Below, one piece after another: positions 37,067-45,196 of a stretch of 45,196 nucleotides of DNA; position 1 is the stretch's first letter, and each line of letters opens with the position of its first letter. Under the pieces are notes generated by a model. It was not told where the DNA came from, ran no database searches, and saw nothing but the letters and a program-made list of their open reading frames with translations. The DNA comes from an uncultured Clostridia bacterium (GTDB taxonomy: Bacteria > Bacillota > Clostridia > Oscillospirales > Acutalibacteraceae), in NCBI GenBank assembly GCA_947169815.1, contig CAMVRG010000001.1, forward strand, positions 1 to 45,196. Reading direction: 5' to 3'. Position numbers and translations under genes: made by a program.

Positions 37067-38245
37067 TTACTTTTTCTTCTTGTTAACTTTAATCTTTACC
37101 TCTTTTCCTATATCCTCAAGGCAGAGTACGTAGCCCTTTGATACCGCGGCGGAGTCTGTAAGCTCGGTATCAATTTTCTTTTTTATTATCTCATATTTTC
37201 CGTAGTCGTTTTTCAGCTTTCTTTTTATCTCGTTCTGGGAAAGTGCAGTGAGCTCTTTATCGGAAAGAGTTCTTTCCTCTTTTTTATATATCCTTACCGT
37301 GCTGTTTTCAAGCCCTATCGGCAGATTTTTACCGTTTAGCGAAATATAATTATACCGCGTTTCGACCTCTGCGTTTTTGTCTGCTTTCCCGATATAAAGC
37401 GGAATTCTCAGCCCGAAGAATAAAAGGGCTTTTCGCTCGGTTTCGCTGAGGTATACCTTACGGCTTTGGTTTCGGCTGACGGTAAGACTGAATTTCTCCT
37501 TAACCTGGGCTATGTATTCTCCCCTCGCGTGGGTGAATTGGGTTTTGCCCTTTTCCTCTGTGTATATGCCCGAAATCAGTAAATCGCCTTTGTTGACCGC
37601 GTCGCCCTTATTTATCATCGCCCACCCGTCGTATACGGTAGCTTTTACTATTACGCCTCTTTTCTTAGCCTTAAGATTAGTGTATTTACTTCGCTTTACT
37701 GTTTTCGGGCGCTTTACCGTCTCGTTGATTTCAAGGCGCGCCGAGGTTCCGTCTCGGTTAATCTGCGCCCACGCAATATCGTCAAAGGAGGCGAGAAGAA
37801 GGCTTTCGAGCGTAGGTCGGTCAATGCTTCTCCAGTACGTCCCCTCGGAAAAACCGTTTTCGCTGAGAAAAGAGCGGAGAGTTTCCTCGCTCAGCCTCTC
37901 GTTTCCCGTAACGTCAATATTCCAGACAAAGCCCGAAACAAAGTTTATAAACATTATTCCGAGAACAATTCCAACAAAGATTCCCCAGCGGTTTTTTATT
38001 TTTGAAAGTATAAAAATAATTCCGTGCTTTTTTATTATTTTCAGCCGTCCACCGTTATTTCTTGCAATTTTTCTGAGATACGGATAGAGCCCCGCGAGAC
38101 ATTCGGCGTAAAGCGCGCCGTCGTTTGTTTTAATATTTCTTATATTGTATTTTTTATTGAAGCAGTCGTCTAAAAAGCCCTCGTTGAAGCCGCCCGAAAA
38201 TGAAAAAACTACATATCCTAAAAGCCATCTTATAAGTTTAACCAT
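37067..38245 (-). CDS. yqfD: Sporulation protein YqfD
   Basis: FVWNIDVTGN, IAWAQI...GT, GDAV.KGDLLISG; lies downstream of a yqfC-like gene. Confidence 0.88.
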   Translation of the reverse strand: MVKLIRWLLGYVVFSFSGGFNEGFLDDCFNKKYNIRNIKTNDGALYAECLAGLYPYLRKIARNNGGRLKIIKKHGIIFILSKIKNRWGIFVGIVLGIMFINFVSGFVWNIDVTGNERLSEETLRSFLSENGFSEGTYWRSIDRPTLESLLLASFDDIAWAQINRDGTSARLEINETVKRPKTVKRSKYTNLKAKKRGVIVKATVYDGWAMINKGDAVNKGDLLISGIYTEEKGKTQFTHARGEYIAQVKEKFSLTVSRNQSRKVYLSETERKALLFFGLRIPLYIGKADKNAEVETRYNYISLNGKNLPIGLENSTVRIYKKEERTLSDKELTALSQNEIKRKLKNDYGKYEIIKKKIDTELTDSAAVSKGYVLCLEDIGKEVKIKVNKKKK

Positions 38246-38489
38246 TACCCTCAAACTCCATTGATACGATTATTCCCTCGATTACCGCGCCCTCGCGGGT
38301 AAAGGCTCTTATATACAGCCCGTCGCCGAAGAACGAAACCGAGTATTTACCGAGGTCAAGCTTTATCGTTTCGCTGTTATATACGGGGATTGCCCGTATT
38401 CCCTCTACGGTGCAGCATCTGTTACCCGTAAGCTCGATTCTCGGGGAAAACGCAGAGTTTATTATGCCTTCGTTTTCAGTATTTTTCAT
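38238..38489 (-). CDS. yqfC: YabP/YqfC family sporulation protein
   Basis: PRIELTGNR...VEG...Y...G..L.I...IEG.I; adjacent to yqfD. Confidence 0.8.
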   Translation of the reverse strand: MKNTENEGIINSAFSPRIELTGNRCCTVEGIRAIPVYNSETIKLDLGKYSVSFFGDGLYIRAFTREGAVIEGIIVSMEFEGNG

Positions 38490-38582
38490 ATGACCACCGT
38501 ATAAAATATATGCGTCTTATGTTTATTAAATACTTGACATAAAAGGCAATAAATTATATATTTAATATAAATATATTTATTT

Positions 38583-39920
38583 ATGGTAAAGCAGATGAAA
38601 AGAGAAGAATATATAAATACACAGACTGTTATAGTAGGCTCGGGCGTTGCGGGGCTTTTCGCCGCGCTGTGTCTTCCGAAAAACCGCGAAATACTTGTTA
38701 TAACAAAGGAAAAGCTCGCCGAATGCGATTCATACCTCGCCCAGGGCGGAGTATGCGTGCTTAAAAGCATTGAGGATTTCGGCTGCTATTTTGAAGATAC
38801 AATGAAGGCGGGACATTTTGAGAACAATCCCGAGGCGGTTAAGGTTATGATTGAAAGCTCGCCCGAGATAATTGAAACGCTTGTAAAGCTCGGAGTAAAG
38901 TTCGATACGGCGGGAGACGGTAATTACGACTATACGCGCGAGGGCGCTCACCGTCAGAACCGAATTCTTCACCATAAGGACGAGACGGGCAAGGAAATAA
39001 CCGAGGCGCTTTTACAGATTGCAAAGCAGAGGGAGAATATCACCTTCGTTGAACAGACTACAATGATTGACCTCATTGAAAAGGACAATACCTGTTACGG
39101 AATAGTCTGCGAGGACGAATTCGGAGAAATGGGCGCAATTATCGCGCACGATATTATTCTCGCTACGGGCGGAATAGGCGGACTCTTTAAGAATTCGACT
39201 AACTTTTCTCATATTACGGGAGATTCCTTCGCCCTCAGCCTGAAGCATAATATCGAGCTTCAGGATATGAATTATATCCAGATACATCCGACGACGCTTT
39301 ATTCAAAAAAGGCGGGCCGCCGTTTTCTCATAAGCGAGAGCGTAAGAGGCGAGGGCGCAATCCTTCTTAACGAGAACGGCGAGCGCTTCGTTGACGAGCT
39401 TCAGCCGAGAGACGTAGTAACAAACGCGATAGTTGAGGAAATGAAAAAGTTCGGTACGGACCACGTATATCTCACTCTTCCGACAATGACGAGCGAGGAG
39501 GCGGCAAAGCGCTTTCCGAATATCTTTGAGGAATGTATGGAAGAGGGCTACGATATTACTAAGGACCGCGTTCCCGTAACCCCCGCTCAGCATTATATGA
39601 TGGGCGGAGTTAAAACCGATATTGACGCGAAAACCTCTATGAAATATCTTTACGCCGTAGGCGAAACTGCCTGTAACGGCGTTCACGGAAAAAACCGTCT
39701 CGCTTCAAATTCGCTTCTTGAAAGCCTCGTATTTGCAAAGCGCGCGGCTGACGTTATTAAAAACGATAAGAGCGAAAAAGAGGGCAAGCTCCCCGAGGTT
39801 GATTTAAAAGCGTATCCGAATAAGACGGAAATTCAAAAGCAGTTCAAAAAGCTCATTATGGATGAAATCAAACGAAAGGACGGAGATTTTTATGCTAAAT
39901 GGTGTAACGATGAAAATTAA
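38583..39920 (+). CDS. nadB: L-aspartate oxidase (start may be ATG 38595)
   Basis: SYLAQGG, EGAH, QIHPT, ISESVRGEG, HYMMGG, GVHG.NRLASNSLLE. Confidence 0.95.
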   Translation: MVKQMKREEYINTQTVIVGSGVAGLFAALCLPKNREILVITKEKLAECDSYLAQGGVCVLKSIEDFGCYFEDTMKAGHFENNPEAVKVMIESSPEIIETLVKLGVKFDTAGDGNYDYTREGAHRQNRILHHKDETGKEITEALLQIAKQRENITFVEQTTMIDLIEKDNTCYGIVCEDEFGEMGAIIAHDIILATGGIGGLFKNSTNFSHITGDSFALSLKHNIELQDMNYIQIHPTTLYSKKAGRRFLISESVRGEGAILLNENGERFVDELQPRDVVTNAIVEEMKKFGTDHVYLTLPTMTSEEAAKRFPNIFEECMEEGYDITKDRVPVTPAQHYMMGGVKTDIDAKTSMKYLYAVGETACNGVHGKNRLASNSLLESLVFAKRAADVIKNDKSEKEGKLPEVDLKAYPNKTEIQKQFKKLIMDEIKRKDGDFYAKWCNDEN

Positions 39921-40752
39921 TGTCGACGAGTATATTCTCCATACTCTTAAAGAGGATATAACCTATGAGGATGTGTCGGCAAACGCCGTAATGCCTGAAA
40001 ATAAGCAGGGAAGAGCCGAGCTTATCTGTAAGCAAAGCGGAATAATCTGCGGACTTGACGTATTTGAAAGAACCTTTAAGCTCCTTGACGAAAACAGCCG
40101 CTTTGAATGTAATTTTAACGACGGCGACGAGGTTAAAAAGGGAGAAATAGTCGGCGTTATTTACGGTGATATAAAGGCGCTCCTCTCAGCCGAAAGAACG
40201 GCGCTCAACTACCTTCAGCGAATGAGCGGAATTGCAACTATTACAAGGGAGTATGCAAACGAGCTTGAGGGCTATAAAACCGTTTTACTCGATACGAGGA
40301 AAACCACCCCGAATATGCGCCCCTTTGAAAAGCACGCGGTTAAGGTCGGCGGAGGCACTAACCACCGCTATAATCTCTCCGATGGCGTTCTTTTGAAGGA
40401 TAATCATATCGGAGCGGCAGGCTCTGTTAAAAAGGCTATCGAGCTTGCAAGAGAGTACGCTCCGTTTGTAAGAAAAATTGAAATTGAAACCGAAACTCTT
40501 GAACAGGTCAAGGAAGCCGTAGAAGCGGGCGCGGATATTATTATGCTCGACAATATGGATAACGAGACTATGAAAAAGGCGGTTGAAATAATTGACGGAA
40601 GAGCCGAGACCGAATGCAGCGGAAACGTAACAAAGGAAAGGCTTAAGTCTATCGCCGAAACGGGCGTTGACTTCGTATCCTGCGGCGCGCTTACCCATTC
40701 GGCGCCCATTATGGACCTCAGCCTTAAAAACCTCAGACCGACGGAGGACTGA
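39892..40752 (+). CDS. nadC: Quinolinate phosphoribosyltransferase
   Basis: ER.ALN.LQRMSGIAT, DTRKTTP, HRYNLSD, KDNH, IMLDN. Confidence 0.96.
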   Translation: MLNGVTMKINVDEYILHTLKEDITYEDVSANAVMPENKQGRAELICKQSGIICGLDVFERTFKLLDENSRFECNFNDGDEVKKGEIVGVIYGDIKALLSAERTALNYLQRMSGIATITREYANELEGYKTVLLDTRKTTPNMRPFEKHAVKVGGGTNHRYNLSDGVLLKDNHIGAAGSVKKAIELAREYAPFVRKIEIETETLEQVKEAVEAGADIIMLDNMDNETMKKAVEIIDGRAETECSGNVTKERLKSIAETGVDFVSCGALTHSAPIMDLSLKNLRPTED

Positions 40753-40754
40753 TT

Positions 40755-41528
40755 ATGCTTTACAGACCAGAATATGACGAAAACGGAAAGAAAATTCTTT
40801 GCGAAATGAATGGCGTAAATTCCGATATGCTTATGGATATTTACGTTAAAAAAATGAAAAAGGGCGAAAAGCTCGAAATTAACGAAAATGAAAACGAGAC
40901 GGCTATTTTACTCCTTTCGGGAAAGGTAAGATTTCTCGTAGGGGATAAGATTGACGAGATTTGCGAAAGGGAAAACCCGTTCCAGAAAACGCCCTATGCC
41001 GTTCATTTTTCTCACGGTACGGCGGCGTGCGTTGAGGCGCTTGAGGAGAGCGAGGTCCTCGTTCAGATGACCGATAACGAAAAGACCTGGGAGCCGCAGT
41101 ACTATAATCCCGATAACTGTCTTTATCAGCATTTCGGAAAAGGTCAGTGGGAGGGTACGGGCTACCGTATTGTTTCTACTATGTTCGACCTTGATAACGC
41201 GCCTTATTCAAATATGGTAATGGGCGAGGTATTTAATCAGCCCGGTCGCTGGTCCTCTTATCCGCCTCATCACCACCCTCAGCCCGAGCTTTATTATTAT
41301 CAGTTCAAGCCCTCTCAGGGCTTCGGAGCGGGCTTTGAGGGCGATACCCCGTATAAAACCGAAAACGGAACCTGTCTTTGTATAAGAGGCGGAAACGCTC
41401 ATCAGCAGGTTACCGCCCCGTGCTATGAAATGTACTACGTATGGCTTATCCGCCATCTTGACGGGGACCCGTGGGATAAAACCCGAATTAACGATAAGGA
41501 GCACGAGTGGATAATTGACGCTCCGTAA
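40755..41528 (+). CDS. iolB: IolB-like (5-deoxy-glucuronate isomerase family) cupin
   Basis: GEV..PG.WSSYPPHHH.Q.E.YYY, GFG, YY.W.IRH. Confidence 0.8.
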   Translation: MLYRPEYDENGKKILCEMNGVNSDMLMDIYVKKMKKGEKLEINENENETAILLLSGKVRFLVGDKIDEICERENPFQKTPYAVHFSHGTAACVEALEESEVLVQMTDNEKTWEPQYYNPDNCLYQHFGKGQWEGTGYRIVSTMFDLDNAPYSNMVMGEVFNQPGRWSSYPPHHHPQPELYYYQFKPSQGFGAGFEGDTPYKTENGTCLCIRGGNAHQQVTAPCYEMYYVWLIRHLDGDPWDKTRINDKEHEWIIDAP

Positions 41529-41612
41529 AAAAGGGGTAGCTTGCTACCCTTTTTATATTAATTGTTAAAGACGTTCAGTATTTCAAATCGGTAGTTATTC
41601 TGGAGTGATATT

Positions 41613-42695
41613 ATGTCTGTATTTTTAAAAAGCTATAAGGAAATTGAAAGAGTTCTGAGGGAGAATAACGCAAAAAAGCCTATGCTCGTATGCGGTAAGA
41701 GCTTTCAGAAAACGGATATATTTGAATATCTTAAACGCTTTGATTTCGTTTTATACGATAATATAAGACCTAATCCGCGCTTTGACGATATGCTCCCCGC
41801 TTCCGAGCTTTTTAAGAGCGAGGGCTGCGACTTTATGATAGCGGCGGGCGGCGGAAGCCCGATGGACAGCGCAAAGATGATAAGGCTTATGGCGACTAAC
41901 GACGTAAGCAAGGCGCTGAGCGAGCCTATGAAAAATAACGGCTATAAGGCGCTTTTTATACCGACTACCTCGGGTACGGGAAGCGAGGCTACGAAAACCT
42001 CGGTATTTTATCTTAACGACGTAGATAAATTCAGCGTTCATAACTACGATTTTATCCCCGATTATATTCTTTTTGACGAGAGGCTTTTAACTACCGTGCC
42101 GACCTATCAGAGAAAGGCTACCTGTCTTGACGCGCTGTGTCATTCGATTGAAAGCTTCTGGTCAACGGCGGCGAATGACGAAAGCAGAGAGTATGCCGCA
42201 AAGTCAATAAAACTGTTTTTTGAAAACAAAAGGGCGTATATGGATAACGAGCCCGAAGGCAATCTCGGTATGCTGTGGTCGTCATATTACGGCGGAAAGG
42301 CGATTAATATAACGGGAACTACCGCGGCTCACGCGCTTTGTTACAGTATTACGATGAACTGTAATACCGCCCACGGACACTCCGTAGCGATTCTTCAGAG
42401 CAGGCTGTGGAAATACGCGCTTGAAAACAACGAAAAATTAAACGGAAATACAAGCCGCGGGGAGTTTTTGGAAACGCTTGACTCGCTCGGAAAGCTCATG
42501 GGCGGAGAAAACGCAGAGGATGGACTTAAAATTTTTGACTCTCTTCTTGAGGAATTCGCTCTTGAATTTCCTAAGGTCAGCGAGGACAAAATCGACGAAT
42601 TCGTCTCTAAGGTTAACGTGTCAAAGCTTTCAACCCACCCGACGGCGCTGAGCGAAAACGATATAAAGGAAATATATAAGAGGACTCTACTTTAA
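41613..42695 (+). CDS. Iron-containing alcohol dehydrogenase, phosphonoacetaldehyde-reductase-like
   Basis: PNP, GGGS, IPTTSGTGSEAT, DALCHSIESFWS, KAINIT.TTAAHA, HGH. Confidence 0.8.
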   Translation: MSVFLKSYKEIERVLRENNAKKPMLVCGKSFQKTDIFEYLKRFDFVLYDNIRPNPRFDDMLPASELFKSEGCDFMIAAGGGSPMDSAKMIRLMATNDVSKALSEPMKNNGYKALFIPTTSGTGSEATKTSVFYLNDVDKFSVHNYDFIPDYILFDERLLTTVPTYQRKATCLDALCHSIESFWSTAANDESREYAAKSIKLFFENKRAYMDNEPEGNLGMLWSSYYGGKAINITGTTAAHALCYSITMNCNTAHGHSVAILQSRLWKYALENNEKLNGNTSRGEFLETLDSLGKLMGGENAEDGLKIFDSLLEEFALEFPKVSEDKIDEFVSKVNVSKLSTHPTALSENDIKEIYKRTLL

Positions 42696-43357
42696 TGGAA
42701 TATAAATATGAGCTTCACTGCCATACAAATATGGTAAGTCAGTGCGGGCGCGTACCGCCGAAGGAAATAGTAGAAATGTACAGGGCTAAGGGCTACTCGG
42801 GGATAGTTGTAACCGAGCATTACAGCCCCCTGACCTTCGGCGACAAAAGCTACTTTAAGCCTCAGAAGTTTATTGATTTTTATATTTCCTCCTATGAGGA
42901 AATGAAGAAATATGAAACCGGGGATTTTTCGGTACTTTTCGGTATGGAGCTGAGGCACTACGCAACGGGCGCCGACTATCTTATTTACGGGCTTGACCCC
43001 GAGTGGCTGAGAAAACAGGGAAACCTTATGGCGCTTTGGGAAAAGGACGCATATAAATTGATGCACGAGCAGGGTTATCTTGTTTTTCAGGCGCACCCCT
43101 TCAGGTGGTATATCCGTCGCTGTAATCCGAAATACATTGACGGAATTGAAATATATAACGGAAAGTGTGACGAAAAGACTAATTTCAGGGCGCTCCAGTG
43201 GGCGATTGAAACGGGAAAGCTGATGTCCTCGGGCTCGGATTTTCATACTCCCGAGCATTGCGGACTCGGCGGTATAATAACGAAAGAGCCCGTGAAAAAT
43301 AACGCGGACTTAATCCGCGTCTTAAAATCAAGAGATATTAAGTTTATCAGAACATAA
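42695..43357 (+). CDS. PHP-domain metallohydrolase
   Basis: ELHCHT, TEH, QAHPFR, E.YNG, GSDFH. Confidence 0.9.
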   Translation: MEYKYELHCHTNMVSQCGRVPPKEIVEMYRAKGYSGIVVTEHYSPLTFGDKSYFKPQKFIDFYISSYEEMKKYETGDFSVLFGMELRHYATGADYLIYGLDPEWLRKQGNLMALWEKDAYKLMHEQGYLVFQAHPFRWYIRRCNPKYIDGIEIYNGKCDEKTNFRALQWAIETGKLMSSGSDFHTPEHCGLGGIITKEPVKNNADLIRVLKSRDIKFIRT

Positions 43358-43387
43358 TAAAAGAGAGGGCGCCCCTTGCCCTCTCTT

Positions 43388-44431
43388 TTATTTTCGTTTA
43401 AGAAATACCTTTTGACCGAATTCAAGAGTACGTCTGACGAAACGTCTGTACTTTCTTACGGTTGTTTTTCTCGGATTATTCTTAATGTAAAGCTTTGTGA
43501 AATCTGCGTAGTCGCCCTTTTCAATATATGCGTATTCCTCGGGCGTAAAATACTTTTTAAGCGTAAACTCATCCGTTATATCGCTGTACATATCAAAGCT
43601 TTCCCTTACCTTCTGTACCGCGTCGCCGAATTTCAGCCACGCGGCGTAGTAATCCACAAGCCCTTTAAGATATGCGCCCGAATAGTGAACCCTGATATGA
43701 TAGGGCGTAGTCTCGTGGCCGCCGAAAAACTTTTCAATCTCAATATAAACGTATTTCTGAAGCTCGTTCATATTAGGATAGTATTTAGAACAGAGCCCGC
43801 CTCTTATGTAGTGGTAATTATAAACGATTTTATCGGTAACTACTACCTTGCCCTTAATATATTTACCGTATAGGAGGTTGAAAATATGGTCCTCGCCGAA
43901 GGTGATATTAGTATCGTAGCTGAGATTATTATCAAGAATTATATCCGCTCTGAAAAGCTTTCCCCACGGCCACCATACAACGGGGTCGTATTCCTCGAAA
44001 CGCTCGGGAATATCCTTTCCCTCAATAATCTTTGGCGTTTCAAGATGGGGGCGTTTTCCGATTCTTACCTCGCTGTGAGAGCCTACTACGAGGTCAACGT
44101 CCCCGTCCATAAGCGAAATTAAATCCTCAAGCGCCGTCGGCGGTACGGAATCGTCCGCGTCGATATAGGTAATATACTCGCCCTTAATCTTAGTGAGCGC
44201 GGTATTGCGCGCGGCTGAAACACCGCCGTTTTCCTGAGAGAAAACGCGGATTCTTTCGTCTTTTTTTTCGTATTCCTTTAAAATCTCAAGCGTATTGTCC
44301 TTTGAGCCGTCGTTAATAATTACGACCTCAAAGTTTTTATACGTCTGATTTAAAATTGTATCAAGCGTTTTCCCGATAAACGCCGCGGCGTTATATGCGG
44401 GAATAACGATGCTTATTAATTCGTTTCTCAT
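43388..44431 (-). CDS. Glycosyltransferase family 2
   Basis: ISIVIPAYN, INDGSKD, GVSAARN, DADD, GED. Confidence 0.93.
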   Translation of the reverse strand: MRNELISIVIPAYNAAAFIGKTLDTILNQTYKNFEVVIINDGSKDNTLEILKEYEKKDERIRVFSQENGGVSAARNTALTKIKGEYITYIDADDSVPPTALEDLISLMDGDVDLVVGSHSEVRIGKRPHLETPKIIEGKDIPERFEEYDPVVWWPWGKLFRADIILDNNLSYDTNITFGEDHIFNLLYGKYIKGKVVVTDKIVYNYHYIRGGLCSKYYPNMNELQKYVYIEIEKFFGGHETTPYHIRVHYSGAYLKGLVDYYAAWLKFGDAVQKVRESFDMYSDITDEFTLKKYFTPEEYAYIEKGDYADFTKLYIKNNPRKTTVRKYRRFVRRTLEFGQKVFLKRK

Positions 44432-44436
44432 TATTT

Positions 44437-45196
44437 CTAATCCCGTAAATCCAAATGTACTCTCGTATTCCACCGTATCTGTTCCTTGTTCGGGTCGGGG
44501 AAGGTGTAAAGCGAAAGCGCCATAAATCCGATAAGTCCGATTGAGCTTGCAAGAATTGAGGAGCCCATAGCGTGTACCATATACTGAATAAACATAGCGT
44601 AGATATACGCCTTTTTAGCATAGTCAGCTTTTGAACGCTGAACGGATTTGAATATATTAATATATGAATATGCGAACAGTACAAAGCCTATCCAGCCGAA
44701 CTGACCGAGAACCGAGGGCCAGAAGGTATCGTAAAGGAACATACCGTTTTCCGCCTCGCCCATACCCCAGTGGGTATAGAATTTATACTTTACATAAAGT
44801 ATGGAGTAGTGCTTCGCCGCTTCGGCTGAGCCGTAGGTTGCAAAGCCCGAGCCGAGGGGAAAGTAGCGGTTAGCGGTTTTTATTCCGTAGTCGATGAATA
44901 TTCGCCGCGCGGCACTCTCGTTAAGAAGATAGGTCTGAATCTGATAAGTACTCGCGGCAAGCAGCGCAAGAATAAGGGGAACGATAATTTTATAATTCAG
45001 TCTCTGATATTTTCTGAAATAATAGAAGAGGAACACATATGAAACAGTATAGATTAAAGCGGGGGATTTAAGCGCAAAGAATATTGAAACCGTTCCTATG
45101 AAAATATAAAAGTTTTTCTTTTTCGGCGTAATATTCGTTGCCGAAATAATAGCGCCTATCATAAAGAAGCTTATAGTCGTATACTGATGGCTGAAA
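44437..45196 (-). CDS. Polysaccharide polymerase (Wzy)/O-antigen-ligase-like membrane protein, 3' part
   Basis: Multi-TM; AR...FPLGSGFATYGS...DTFWP..LGQFG; frame stays open to the window edge. Confidence 0.7.
   Translation of the reverse strand, partial: FSHQYTTISFFMIGAIISATNITPKKKNFYIFIGTVSIFFALKSPALIYTVSYVFLFYYFRKYQRLNYKIIVPLILALLAASTYQIQTYLLNESAARRIFIDYGIKTANRYFPLGSGFATYGSAEAAKHYSILYVKYKFYTHWGMGEAENGMFLYDTFWPSVLGQFGWIGFVLFAYSYINIFKSVQRSKADYAKKAYIYAMFIQYMVHAMGSSILASSIGLIGFMALSLYTFPDPNKEQIRWNTRVHLDLRD

Overview
45-kb chromosomal window from a low-GC, spore-forming Clostridia-like bacterium (spoVT, yqfCD, glnS-gltX, ddh, nadBC; the lineage is inferred). The main accessory feature is a tandem pair of islands at the 3' end of tRNA-Pro(CGG). 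The tRNA end CACCTCGACCA recurs at 13237 and 15082, each time followed by its own terminator hairpin. Island 1 (~11 kb) encodes a large serine recombinase, a DUF927/Cch-like helicase that appears to start at ATT behind a structured leader, and a DUF1643 protein, a gene trio resembling staphylococcal SCCmec. It also carries two paralogous gene+hairpin units, two uncalled micropeptides, a Mor-like activator and a 1310-aa segmented collagen-like fibre with an LRR tip. Island 2 (~1.85 kb) looks like a collapsed REP/RAYT element: five REP-like hairpins, a probable internally deleted transposase and an AT-rich secreted cargo gene. The rest is mostly core genome. It includes a cobalamin riboswitch before a transcobalamin-like surface protein, a preQ1-I riboswitch before queT, an orphan candidate sRNA after spoVT, a TGA-interrupted YhfW-like gene, a CiaR-like two-component system with predicted boxes, nadB-nadC-iolB without nadA, and the edge of a polysaccharide locus. 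All family calls are from motif recognition by eye; no database searches were run.
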